A stretch of DNA of 64,000 nucleotides from Octopus sinensis. Its lineage: Eukaryota. Made by a program: the position numbers and the translations under genes. The stretch spans positions 10,726,001 to 10,790,000 of the forward strand of contig NC_042997.1 in the NCBI RefSeq assembly GCF_006345805.1, written 5' to 3'. This document shows positions 24,300-37,539 of this stretch, one piece after another. Under the pieces are notes generated by a model that worked only from the letters and a program-made list of their open reading frames with translations, searched no databases and had not been told where the DNA came from. Position 1 is the first letter of the stretch, and each line of letters opens with the position of its first letter.

Positions 24300-26789
24300 T
24301 GATTTTTGTAGTGTTCGGTTTTCGTTGTTGGAATGTCACTAATTATGAAGACAGTGATAGTGGTTTCTCGTAGTAGTAATAATGGTCCACAAGGTGATTC
24401 TTTTGGAATCCGTTAAAAAAAATAACAATACGCTTCAACAGAAACTGTAAGGCTCGATGTCATCTCGCGTTTTAACCTAGAGCGATATCAGGAGTAAAAT
24501 TTTTATATACACGTGACTGGGGTGTTAGTAATAAGCAAGATTAAGGTTTCTAGACTGCGCATAATCACCTTCACCAATTACAGTATTCACACTTTGTACT
24601 GTCAAACTGAAGTGAGTGATTGGCAATGAAATGTTAAAACCCATCACTCCCAAAATAATAACTATCATTGTGGGCCATGTGATTGATCAGTGGTCCTAGA
24701 TGTGAGTAGCAATAACAGTGATGCCCTGCAGCTAGTGGCTATTTATACTTCGATATAGACTGGATGTCCAACCCATTTCTATTTCTATATCTTGAAAGCT
24801 TCTGAAGAACATCAAGTTCACTGAAATACTGGAATTGTGAAAGTAGGAGATAGAAGGTCGATTAAAAGCAGTCTTTCAAATTTGCTCTGATATTTCCAAC
24901 TATCTGACAAGCATTGAAAGAATTCTAGAATGCATTGTATTATCCAAGGTATATGGAGATAAGGTTTATGGATAAGGAGAGTGTAAACTGTCTGCATTTT
25001 ATTATAGTTGACTATACAGACTACAACACAGACAGCTTAAAATATCTGGGCAGTAATCCATTTGCTAGAATCTGAAGGAATCCTGTCTGTCATAAATCGT
25101 CTATAATTCTTTGGTTAGCAAACCAGTAAAGTGAAAATTTAAGGAAGCAATTATTAATTATAAACGGTGGTATTCGAAATAGACAATTTTAATAAATGGC
25201 AGATGTAATATTGGAGAGGTAGTTTGTAGAGTTTTTTGAATGACTGAAAGACATCACAGCCAACTTGCTAGCTTTAATAATGGTCCTTGGTTATTTGTTC
25301 AAAGCTAAACACGAAAGCTGAATCCATACTAATGCGTATAAATTAAACTATGATGGTTTACAGACGCACAACATGACAACAAAGCGAAGATATTGTTTGA
25401 TGGGATGCAATTGACGTACGCTATACGATTCCAAGCCAATATATTGTAAGCAGGATTGGAGTAAATATGGCTGGTTAGTGATGAATACATAGTGATCTAA
25501 AGCCCCCAGTGGTACCGTACATTAATAACAAAACAACCGTCGGAAGTGCATCTGTGTTTCAATGAAGAGATCGAATCAAATCTGTTCATTTTTCAGCGAC
25601 TACTCAGATACTCGATGTAAATGTCTACCTAAAAAGAACATTTTGGTGTTATGCCCTTGGTCCATCAAAAGTGATCTTTCATTGCCTCCCTTCGTTTATC
25701 TCAAAACCTTTCTTACAGAAGTTGGATGTTTTGAAGGACATTCTATTGAAGTTAAAAACTCGAGAGCAGTTACTCAATACACATACAATCTCACCATCAT
25801 AATATCACAGATGCTCGAAATCAAGATGATTCGGACCAAACATGAGGAGAATAGTGTTATTACAGAATCACGAATTAACTCAATCAAGTAGGTGGTCTTG
25901 CGGTCTTCCTTTGTTATGCACATCTGCCCACAGCTGACCTCTAGTTCTAGATCAAATGTAAACCGATGATCGGTGTTTCGCACCTGGTATGTTGTTACCC
26001 AGATACAAATTTCTATCATCAACCCTTGAACTTTATTGCTTCAAACAGGTTAGTGCCGTCAGTCAGAGCAGCCTAAGGTTTACAGATACGCTTCTAAGGA
26101 TTACTAATTTGTAGAATTATGTCCACTTGCTAATACCTCGAGTTTGACTTATCCTGAAGTTGTCTGAATCTAATGTAAAGGACATCTCTTCGTCTTCCAT
26201 TGAGCAGATTTAACTCTGTCTGGTGGCTATAACATTGGATACGTTGGCAAGGACTGAGGATGGGGCTTTTCCTCACCGACTAAACATTTATCAACTTAAA
26301 GTATCATATAGTGAACAGTGAGAGCAGAAAGAGAAGTCTTGCCCTGTAGTAAATTTTCTGATAGCTGTAAGAGTATTAAGTTTGACGTAGCTACATCAAG
26401 AGACTCACAATTTCCATCTTTAGAATCATCGTAGAGAGAAGCACTTGGTTTGATGCTGAAAAAGAATCGATGATTCGTCGAATGCTCTGATTTACCACTT
26501 TTGGCACCTAAGCATACACTCTATTTTTATTCCATTTCATTGCAAGTTCTTGTTCGTTCAGCGAAGAGCTAATGTCTATTGGATTAGCACCAGTATAATT
26601 TGAATGTTTCTAGTTTCTATTATCGATCATGAAAGAAAGGATGAAAATCCTTTTTCTTTTATTTTCTGGGGTCAAACGCTTGACTTTAGTGGGATTTCAC
26701 CTCAAAACATGAAGGGAAGTAGATTCACTTATGTATTCTATCCGTTGCGTTGCAGTTTTTACCAACTCACTACTTTATTCGATGTGTAA

Positions 26790-27715
26790 TTATTGATTTC
26801 TAAGTTTGGTACAGAGAAATAATTTGGAAGAGAAAACAGCCGATTAAATCAACCAGTACTTGACGAATGAAAGTAAAATTGACCCGGGCGGAATTTGAAC
26901 TCGGAATGTAAAGGACAGTTAACTAAACTGATTCTACCAGTTCACTATCATCTTTGAGTGTGTAATTATTACCAACTTAGCAATTTACAACTGACACTTA
27001 AACGTTTTAGATGATTAATAAATAATAATGTTTTCTATTTGAATGGGCAAAAGTCCAATAGATTTCGTGTTACTTTAAGTAATCTAAGTATTACGACGGG
27101 CAGTAAATTGGCGGAAATGACAGTGTCATGCAAAAGACCTTGTGTTTAATTATATCTCTTTATGTTCAAATCCTGCTAAAGTCAGCAATGCCTTTTATTT
27201 TTCTGGGATCCATAACATAAAGTACCAGTCCAAAAAGGAGTCGATTAAGATCGACTAAGTCAACCCTCAAAAAATAGGAAGTCTTGTGTACATGTTAAGA
27301 ATTAATATGAAACGATAAGAGGACAATGAGTTTCAGAATTAGTAATATGCGGACGGGAAAAAAGCCTTGTGGTATTTACTTATGCCCTTTTACATCTGAA
27401 TTCTTAAAATATGTCGTCCGGATCGACTAAGTACAGTCGAGTGCTCAGATCAGCCTAATCGTGTATCTCCGTTCCTGCCCACATTTCTGGTGTTGCACTG
27501 TTAGAAATTAATGCCTACATAATAATGGTAAAAATAATGAAAATTATGGTGTGGTGGAAACCGACAGAGGGCTGGACTAAATGCTTTCAGTTCAAATCCC
27601 GGAGGAATCGACTTTACCTTTCATCTTTCAATGATCTATAAAACATGTACCAGTTAAACTGATTTAATCAACTGTGTTCTCAAATATTTGTGGTCTTAAG
27701 CCAATGTAAAAAAAA
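26790..27715. mobile_element. Cluster of ~4 old family A SINEs (one minus at ~26790-26945, three plus at ~27093-27300, ~27320-27510, ~27545-27715)
   Basis: Recurrent GTTCAAATCC / GGAATTTGAACTC and AAGTACCAG..GTCGATT...ATCGACT blocks. Confidence 0.6.
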
Positions 27716-28774
27716 ATCAATATTAGTATTTTTTTTTTCATAGGTATAATGGTTAGCACGTCTGCCTCTTAATTATTGAAAGCTCAATTTCCGTGCCGAT
27801 GTACTTCTTCATATTTAGTGAGGGAGTATAATAGTAAATACAGTAAAATGTGAAATTAAATGAAAAAAAAAACAATTTATTTTCTTTTTCCTTTTCTTTT
27901 TTTTTATGAATTAAGTTCTTCATTTGGCCAAATTTTCGTTTCATATCTCTGGAATCGATGAAAACAGTATCATTCATGTTCTGGAGTCTATTGAATGAAA
28001 AGCATTGCATCCTTACAATTATGTTATCTAGTTCCAATGTAAGAAAAGAGAGCATAATATTAAATCGAGTGTGACCTGATGCTGGTTACTCAGCCAGCCC
28101 TATTTTAATGATCAGTCTAATAACTAATTACAGCTATTACTCTCAAGAGAATATGATTTGGGATTTACTACCATGCTTTCACTAATTCTTTTCAGTGCCT
28201 GTGTAGTCACTCTCAGACGTAGAAACTATCTTGGCTTTTCCATCCTGACCCAGCGAAATATCGAAGATATAACAAGTGGGGGAAGAGAGAGAGAAATCTG
28301 AACTAGCACTCAGTTGGTACTCATTTCAGCTAAGCAACTGGATTTATGGAGAGGTATCACTCGGTCTAGAAATCGAGACAGCGATTCTTCAATCCAATAA
28401 CCTAATCATTATAACATGCACTTCCACATTTATCAACCAAATATCCCTCAAATCACGTCCTGCCATCTTGAGAAAGGAAAGTAACACTAGACAATGATGT
28501 TCTACACGCACATAAAACAAAACCTATAGGATGCTTATGGCGAGAATACTTTGCATCAGAAGTCTACTCAATCAAAGCTGGCCTGGGGCAAAACAATAAC
28601 AAGAACAACGGAAGACAAGTTCACAGATCTGAAACTGTAGGGAGCCTAACTGTACGTCTGCATTTAGTGCTGACTCTTGCTCACTTGCAAATTCAGATTC
28701 AGACATATAAGTTTCAAAATATACGAAGTCCGATTCAATAAAAGAATGCTTGCTCTTCCCTTTCAAATATTGGC

Positions 28775-28950
28775 ACAAAGTCAGTAATTTCGAGGGAGAG
28801 AGTTAGTCGATTACATCGACTCCGGTGCTCAATTGGTACTTATTATATCGATGCTTAAAGGATGAAAGACAAAACTGACCTGAACTGAACTCAGAACGTA
28901 AAAACGGACGTAATGCCACTAGGCATTTTACCCGCCTTCTCGCCTTCAAA
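28775..28950 (-). mobile_element. Family A SINE
   Basis: GTCGATTACATCGAC...GGTACTTATT.TATCGA...GGATGAAAG...CTCAGAACGTAAA, reverse complement of the family core. Confidence 0.8.
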
Positions 28951-29199
28951 TACTAACCATTCTTTCATTGTCTGATACTATTAATATATGACTGATAATG
29001 ACTTTGTTGAATCTAGATGCATAAAAAGTAAATCAGGTTCAGCTGGGGTTCGCTTCTGTGAAAAATATGATAAATTTAATGGCGATATTTTCAGAATGGC
29101 TGAACATAGTGTTTTGTACGAATAACGAAAAGGAGAGAGTTCAGTGTAAAGTGAGCTTGGGTAGAAACAGCATGCAGTTTACTTCTTCAAAATAACAGA

Positions 29200-29203
29200 A
29201 CAC

Positions 29204-29239
<36 letters not shown>

Positions 29240-29240
29240 A

Positions 29241-29272
<32 letters not shown>

Positions 29273-29415
29273 CAAGTAGCAGTAGCAGCAGTAGTAATAG
29301 TAGTAGTAGTAGTAGTAGTAGTAGTAGCAGCAGTAGTAGTAGTAGGAAATGTAATAGTTGTAGCAGCAGCAGCAGCAGCAGTGGCAGTAGTAGTAGTAGT
29401 AGTAGTAGCTGCAGC

Positions 29416-29450
<35 letters not shown>

Positions 29451-29628
29451 CAGCTGCAGCTGCAGTAGTAGTAGTAGTAGGAGGAGGAGGAGGAGGAGGA
29501 GGAGTAGCTGCAGCAGTAGTAGTAGTAGTACCAGTAGCAGTAGCAGCAGCAGTAGTAGTAGTAGTAGTAGATGCAGCAGTAGTAGTAGTAAATGTAATAG
29601 TTGTAGCAGCACCAGCAGCAGCAACAGC

Positions 29629-29678
<50 letters not shown>

Positions 29679-29700
29679 CAGCTGCAGTAGTAGTAGTAAC
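29200..29700. repeat. (AGT/AGC)n array with a (GGA)n island
   Basis: Visible array. Confidence 0.95.
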
Positions 29701-29939
29701 AGTGCTGATAGCAGAGAGATAGCAGTAACAGCATATCGGTACTGCTAGTTGTTATAATGTTTTTGAGAAGATCTTTGTCAGCCAGATTGTCTTTTTGTAG
29801 GAGGCAGACTCAAGAGACACGAGTGTGTCATCGATTTGCTTTCATTACTTTCCTGGGAATATCGTCTGTTAATCGTCCTACAGGCTTTGGTGATTTTTCA
29901 TTTCCTTTTAACATTGCATGTTCGGTTAAGCAAATATAT

Positions 29940-30047
29940 GTGAGTGTGTATGTGTGTATATATATATATATAATATATGTATATATATACATATATATAA
30001 TATAAAATATATGTATAGGCATATATACATACATATATGTACATACC

Positions 30048-30114
<67 letters not shown>

Positions 30115-30199
30115 GTATATATATATGTATGTATATATATATGTATATATGTATATGTATATGTGTATATATATATATATATTATATATATATATATAT

Positions 30200-30240
<41 letters not shown>

Positions 30241-30256
30241 CATATATATATATATG

Positions 30257-30313
<57 letters not shown>

Positions 30314-30348
30314 CAGATTTTGTTGAATTTTCTGCTGCTTAAAATAAA

Positions 30349-30390
<42 letters not shown>
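29940..30390. repeat. (TA)n-rich microsatellite
   Basis: Visible array. Confidence 0.95.
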
Positions 30391-30674
30391 ACAGCAAAAA
30401 GCAACATGAACTACGAAGACAAACCTTTTAGCGAACAGCGAGAGAAAAAAAATGAAAAACCAGACAAGTAACATAAAGTATGACCCTTCATAAGTTGTCG
30501 TTTGTTTATCTACTCCACTTTGAGCAATTCTCGACAATATGTGCCTTAGTGAATACAGTTGCCCCCGCAAACCAAAATTTGGGATTTTGCGGAGGATCAA
30601 AGCTGGTAAGAAAAACAGGGCAGTGAAACAAATAGTGAGGGCTGCTAAGAAAATATAGGAGAAGGGAATACGTC

Positions 30675-30993
30675 TGGTCTGTGCAACAGACCAGAAGAAA
30701 TGAAAGGTGAATACGTGTGGAAAAAGATGGACGATAGTCACGTGTGAGCAACGAGAGAGTAAAGGAGGAAGAGGGAAAGAGAGAGAGAGAAAACGGTGAA
30801 GGAGAGCAAAAAATATTAGAGAAAGGAAGAGAGCGTAAAACGAAAGGAGAAAGAGAGAGAGAGAACTTCCTTTCTCTAATTCATTTTCTCTCCTCTCCCT
30901 TTCGTTTTTTCTTTCTCATCTTTTCTCTTATGCTTTTTTCTCCCTTCACCTTTTTCTATCTGTGCCCCATCTCTCTCTCTCTCTCTCTCTCTT

Positions 30994-31028
<35 letters not shown>

Positions 31029-31122
31029 TTTCCTCCTTTACTCTCTCGTGGCTCACACGTGACCATCGTCCATCTTTTTTCTACACGTGTTCATCTTTTC
31101 TTCCGATCTGCTGCACAGACCA
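30675..31122. repeat. ~450 bp imperfect fold-back (MITE-like)
   Basis: TGGTCTGTGCA.CAGA..AGAAGAAA..GTGAA.ACGTGT.GAAAAAGATGGACGAT.GTCACGTGTGAGC.ACGAGAGAGTAAAGGAGGAA at the left end is the reverse complement of the right end; internal GA-rich and CT-rich halves also pair. Confidence 0.85.
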
Positions 31123-31295
31123 AGTAAAAATTTATTTTCATACATATAATAATATTTATTTCTATTAATTCTAGTTTTATTTGTACCCAAGTATATTTGT
31201 TAAGATATTTCGTGTTTCTATTTTATGATATATTATTGTATTTTGTAAAATTACGTATTTTTATATTTATTTATATTTTCTTACAAGATTATATA

Positions 31296-32551
31296 CGAGG
31301 GACGTTCAATAAGTAATGCCTCTGACCCACTTGCATTTGTTTGATCTAGCTGAAATTTTGCATGTGCAATTATTTATATCTCTATAGAGTAAGTGGCAAA
31401 TTGTGGTTTCTGATTTACAGGTGTTTGAACCGAGTCAAGTGTGAAATTGAGCCTGCTGAGTGTCGAGCAGTGATCCGGTTTTTGTATTTGAAAGGACGCA
31501 CACCACGGGAGACTTTTGATGAAATGAAAGTAACTTATGATGATGATGCCCCATCATATGACCTTGTAAAACGCTGGCATCGTGAATTCAAACATGGTCG
31601 GAACTCTGTGGAAACAGCTCCCAGATCTGGTCGCCCCTTCTGCCATTGATGAGGCATCTGTCCGTCAAGTTGAGGCTGCCATTTTGGAAGATCGACGCAT
31701 AATTATTCGCCAAATAGCCCATGAGGTCAAGATTAGTACCGGGTCTGCGGAAACTATCATTCATGACCATTTGCATATGCAAAAGGTGTCTGCCAGATGG
31801 ATTCCCAGGTTGCTCACGCCTTTCCAGAAGGAAGAACGCGTCGAGTGCTCGAGGGTAAATTTGGAGATGTGCCAAAAAGATGAGTCAAAATTTTTGAAAA
31901 GACTGATTACACAGGATGAAACCTGGGTCCATCACGATGATCCAGAGACCAAAGCCCAGTCAATGCAGTGGAAGCACCGTGACTCACCCCCTCCAAAGAA
32001 GGCAAGGGTGCAGCCCTCCGCTGGCAAGGTCATGCTCACAGTCTTCTGGGACCAGGACGGAGTAGTGATGACAGATTTCCTGGCAAAGGGTACCACAATT
32101 GCAGGAGCCTATTATGCTTCACTTTTGAGGAAATTAAGAGAAGTTATCAAGATCAAGAGGCGGGGCAAGATCAGTAAAGGCATCCTCCTCCTGCAGGACA
32201 ACGCACCGGTCCACAACTCGCTTGTCGCCAGATCAGAAGCACAGGCGTATGGTTATGAACTCCTTCCTGACCTTGCACCCTCTGATTTTCACCTCTTCCC
32301 AATCATGAAGTTGTTTTTGAAAGGAAAGCGTTTCCCAGATGATGCAGCCTTGATTTCTGAAGTCACGTTGAGGTTGGAGGACCAAGCTGGGTTCTTCTAC
32401 AAAAACGGTCTCCAGAGCCGTATCAAACGATGGGAGAAATGCGTAACTCTGGGTGGTTTCTATGTCGAAAAAGACTAATAACTGTGCCAAGTTTCGTTGC
32501 TCTATTGCTATGGGAAGTGGGTCAGGGGCATTACTTATTGAACGCCCCTCG
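31296..32551 (+). mobile_element. Near-intact mariner transposon (1256 bp), TA target duplication
   Basis: 37 bp TIRs CGAGGG(A/G)CGTTCAATAAGTAATGCC(T/C)CTGACCCACTT with 2 mismatches; TA at 31294-31295 and 32552-32553. Confidence 0.97.
31446..32478 (+). pseudogene. Mariner DD34D transposase pseudogene (irritans/Himar1-like)
   Basis: EPAECRAVIRFLYLKG, RSGRP, WIPRLL, TQDETW, LQDNAPVH, DLAPSDFHLF, CVTLGGFYVEKD. Lesions: presumed start codon reads ATT, frameshift at ~31635-31640, and D2-D3 spacing of 28 instead of 34 (HPPYSP missing). Confidence 0.93.
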
Positions 32552-33042
32552 TACGTATATTTATTTATTTAATAATTTTATTGTTTTTATCTTAGACCTG
32601 AAGAGTGACTATATTTAATTGAATTGATTTTACTGTTATCAGTTTGTAAATATAGCCACGAAACACGTATAGTCGTTTTATCAATTATATACTTTTTATT
32701 TATTATTTTATACTTTACTTAATTATTGGTATATGGCTTTATTGTATATCTATTTTTTCTATATGGTATAATTTAATTATATCATTGTTATTTCATTGTT
32801 GCATTGATAAAAGGTTGGAACTTCTCTAATTTATATGCATATATTATATATTGTGAAATTTGATTTAGTATTACTAAATTCAATTTTTTCCTGTAAGTTT
32901 GGTATAATATTCCCTAATATTATATATATATATATATATTAGGAAATTAAAAGTTACGACAAGTCATAAAGTAACCATAACTAAGACCAATCACTAAGAG
33001 ATGAAAGCAGCAGTATGCAGCTAATTTGCTACTATAGTAAAG

Positions 33043-33090
<48 letters not shown>

Positions 33091-33228
33091 ATATATATAT
33101 ATATATGAAAGATAGAAAATATCCAAGAATTATTGGTTTGTACCTATAATTTGGTTGTAAATAGTAATATTCTTAAAATAATCGGTTTAAATATAAATTT
33201 TGATTAATAGATATTCAAAAGAAGAATC

Positions 33229-33412
33229 GATTTTGCCAAAATAATTAAATTCCAGTAATTAAAACATTTTATTGGGCAAAATCTCGTCAGAGGAGTATAT
33301 GTTGGAAGAATAACATGTAATAAACTGACGATATGTCTTTTTTACTCCTCTGGCGAGATTTTTCCCAATAATATGTTTTCATTACTGGAATTTGATTCAT
33401 TTGGGCCAAATC
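33229..33412. repeat. 184 bp hairpin element: ~70 bp inverted arms, 45 bp spacer
   Basis: 33229-33297 pairs with 33343-33412 (AAATTCCAGTAAT.AAAACAT.TTATTGGG.AAAATCTCG.CAGAGGAGTA). Confidence 0.88.
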
Positions 33413-33512
33413 AAAACAGTTGTAAGTGAACATGTTGAACTTTTGCAGTTAATAAATATTAACGCGACTTTCCCATTTTCTGGATTCTAGGTTGCATATA
33501 TGCATGTGTGTG

Positions 33513-33553
<41 letters not shown>

Positions 33554-33809
33554 TGTGTGTGTGTGTGTGTGTAAAGAGTGAAAGTAGTAGAGATGGTCTG
33601 AGATACATACATCCATACTAAAGGAATTCGTAAGTGCTAGATGACATACGAAAACATATACAGCCATAAAGCATAAAAGCATATATCCCACATAAACACA
33701 CATATTTATACATACACAAAATATCATATTCGCATATATACTCACATACTAAACGTCTACGTACATTACATGACACATCTGTGTGTGGTTTATCTGTGTG
33801 CATATGCAT

Positions 33810-33906
<97 letters not shown>

Positions 33907-33910
33907 TATA

Positions 33911-33941
<31 letters not shown>

Positions 33942-33949
33942 GAATATAT

Positions 33950-34807
33950 ATAATTTAATAAATAAAATATATGCATACATACATATATGTACGTACCTAC
34001 ATCTACATGTATATATACATGCATATATATATATAAATATATATATGAGGACAGGACACCACAAATAGACGTAGAACTCAACGAGAAACGAAAAAATAAA
34101 AACAAACATGGAAACGGACTTTTTTTAACAACGAAAAAACAGAGTACAAGACAAACAATACAAGGAATATTCCCCTTCATCAGCTGTCCCTGATTCGACT
34201 CCATGCGTGTTTCGAAGGTAAGAGTCGACCAACTTCCTTTCGCTGGCGGCCTTCTACAAGTCAACATGACTTTTTTCTTGCGCTCTGAATTTTTCCATCG
34301 TCTAGGCTTTAAAAAAGGCCCTCAATGTTGGTTTCTTTGTCCTGTTTTTATTCTTTATGTGTACTGTATTTTTTTGTATTTGTATTTTTATTTTGTATTT
34401 GTATTTTTATTTGTATTTTTATTTGTATTGCTTTTACGTCCTGTTCTTGTCACATTTTTTTCTTTCCTTGTTTTTACCCCTCTGCAAAGGAATTTTATTT
34501 AATTCTTTTGCAGGAAGGACTTCTTCAACGGGTCGGGTTCTGTCCTTACCTTCGAAACACGCATGGAGTCGAACCAGGGACAGCTGATGAAGAGGAATAT
34601 TCCTTGTATTGTTTGTCTTGTACTTCGTTTTTTCGTTGTTAAAAAAAGTCTGTTTCCATGTTTGTTTTTATGTTTTCGTTTCTCGTTGAGTTCTACGTCT
34701 ACTTGTGGTGTCCTGTACTCATATATATATATATGCATGTATATATACATATACATGTAGGTACGTACATATATGTATGTATGCATATATTTTATCTATT
34801 AAATTAT
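33950..34807. repeat. Long inverted repeat: arms 33950-34222 and 34545-34807, 322 bp spacer; probably PLE pseudo-LTR derived
   Basis: Arms are reverse complements with scattered mismatches and small indels, including shared irregular microsatellite (GTACGTACCTACAT). Confidence 0.9.
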
Positions 34808-34904
34808 TGTATGACTGAGCGCCCTCGTGTCGTTTCGTTTCCTTTCTTTTCTCCAAGTAAGTTTTTATATGTATATATATATATATATATTCTTTTTTTT
34901 TATT

Positions 34905-35094
34905 CTTTAATTTTTCAGTCATTTGGACTGCTGCCATGCTGGAGCACAGCCTTTAGTCGCGCATATCAACCTCAGAACTTATTCTTTGTTGGCCTAGTAC
35001 TTATTCTATAGGTGTTTTTGCTGAACCGCTAAGTTCGGTTGTCAAGCGATGTTGTGGGGGGGAACAAACAAACACACAAACATAAACACATACT

Positions 35095-35139
<45 letters not shown>

Positions 35140-35286
35140 GACGAGCTTCTTTCAGTTTTCATCTACCAAATCCACTCACAAGACTTTGGTCGCCCCGAGG
35201 CTATAGTAGAAGTTGCTACGCAGTGGGTCTGAACTCGGACTCATGTAGTTGGTAAGCAAGCTGCTTACCACACGGCCACTCCTGGG

Positions 35287-35289
<3 letters not shown>
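34905..35289 (-). mobile_element. tRNA-derived SINE family B with internal (TA)n
   Basis: Minus-strand head AGG.CCAGGAGTGGC.GTGTGGTAAG..., body TGTGAGTGGATTTGGTAGA, tail ..CTCCAGCATGGC.GCAG..AAATGACTGAAA. Confidence 0.88.
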
Positions 35290-35334
<45 letters not shown>

Positions 35335-35520
35335 ATATATACAATCACACAATCACATATGCATATGCACTCATGCAGTAAGGCATGTTTATATATATAC
35401 CTATCAATGTGTATACAACAACATCTTTTCATGTATGCGCGTGTTGATTAAACATATTCAAGATTCAGGTGTGTATTTATGTGTGTATGTGTGTGTATGT
35501 ATGCGTATATGCATGTATGA

Positions 35521-36002
<482 letters not shown>

Positions 36003-37539
36003 CCACTTGAATCCTGATGATTATATAATCAGACAAGTGTATATAAAGATACACATGTCCAGATTCACACACGCATAAACATTTGTTGTGTTACAGACAG
36101 TATTTTACCTCTGTCTGGTCTGCTTTAGATAAACAGACTATCAAAACATCAATTTCGACAGCGACGATGACAAATATTTGTGTATATGTGTTTGTGTGTC
36201 ACGCGCGTGTGTGTGTGTAAGAAATGGGAATTGGGTATAACTAAATAGAGATAACGTGTGACTTAGAAACAATCCACTGTCCGTTCATTTGTTTCACCTA
36301 CGTGAAAAAAAAATAACGGGACAGTTTTGTATGTAAGGCAGGAATGTAGTAGTGGAAATGTGATAACTATGACGAAGGCTGGGTGATAAAACTGAGGCTG
36401 TGAATTCATTTGATTGCACGAACAGTAACGTGAACATTACTGATAAATCAAATGACAATCCCGAATTTAAATATCGCCGATGAAGTTTCACACGCGCACA
36501 CAGATATGCACATTTACACGCGCAAATATGTTCACATAGTTACATACACACGCACATGCACACATGCAAATCATATCGCGTATGCTCTCAATCACTCTTG
36601 CGCACGCGCATGTACACGCACAAATATTTTGATATGCTCATAGACTTCAAGCTGACTCATGCATGCACACATGCAATCACGATCAAGCACAGGAACATGA
36701 AAGCATGTGCGTGCATGCTCACACAAATATACACACATATAGGCATGCAGATACAGCTCACGCACATTCATACACAAATATAAAATGAACAAGCCGGGAT
36801 ACCTTCTTGCAATTATCGAGCTGTTGGGCTAAATGGTGGTATTTCTCAGTACTGCACATTGACAATAATTTTGCTTTGTTTCTGTTGGTTGTGCTGTATT
36901 CGTCATTCACACAGTCCTGATAAATGTGGTAACAAAGCTAAGGTGTCTTATGAGGGGCATGTAGTTAAGGAAACGGTTCTTGAAACTGCCTTCGGATATG
37001 ACGATGTATCATTTCTTCATTTGATGCTACCCACTCCGGATGTACGTTAGTTCTATATACAATGACGAAATATAAACTTTTAAAAATGAGAGACCAGTTC
37101 CTTTAGCTTTGTAATTGCTTTCTAATTGCTAACCAAAGCAGCATCCTCAGCACCTGGGATGGCTAGCCTTTTGAAGGTTGCTTTTAGAGGTGCTACCAGC
37201 ATTCTCTGTGCTGCAATACTTAGATTGATGTTATTATTAAATAGCTTGTTTGGGGTTTTAAGCGATGATGCGCGAGCCTAGGTAGAGATGTTGATCTATC
37301 TTAAACCCCCTTCTTTCAATTGTGTTGCTAAATATGTGTGAGTATATATATACATACATACATACATACATACATACATACATACATACATACATACATA
37401 CATACATACATACATACTTATATGAGTTTACATGTATATATTTGTGCATATATATCGACTGCAGTCACGATGGAGCACAGCCTTGAAGGGTTTATAACCA
37501 ATCAATCAGCCCCGGTTGTGACATTGACGGGCTAATACA

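Noticed and set aside
28572-28778. 68 aa minus ORF with an apparent strong acceptor (ttttgccccAG)
   Set aside because: The acceptor belongs to the (TTG)n-linked repeat family; no recognisable protein.
29926-30741. 271 aa minus ORF with TM-like segments
   Set aside because: More than half is (TA)n and it starts inside the fold-back arm; hydrophobicity reflects the T-rich strand.
34545-34610. GAAAC...GTC...CTGATGA as a type II hammerhead
   Set aside because: Stems I and III cannot be formed; only isolated core words match.
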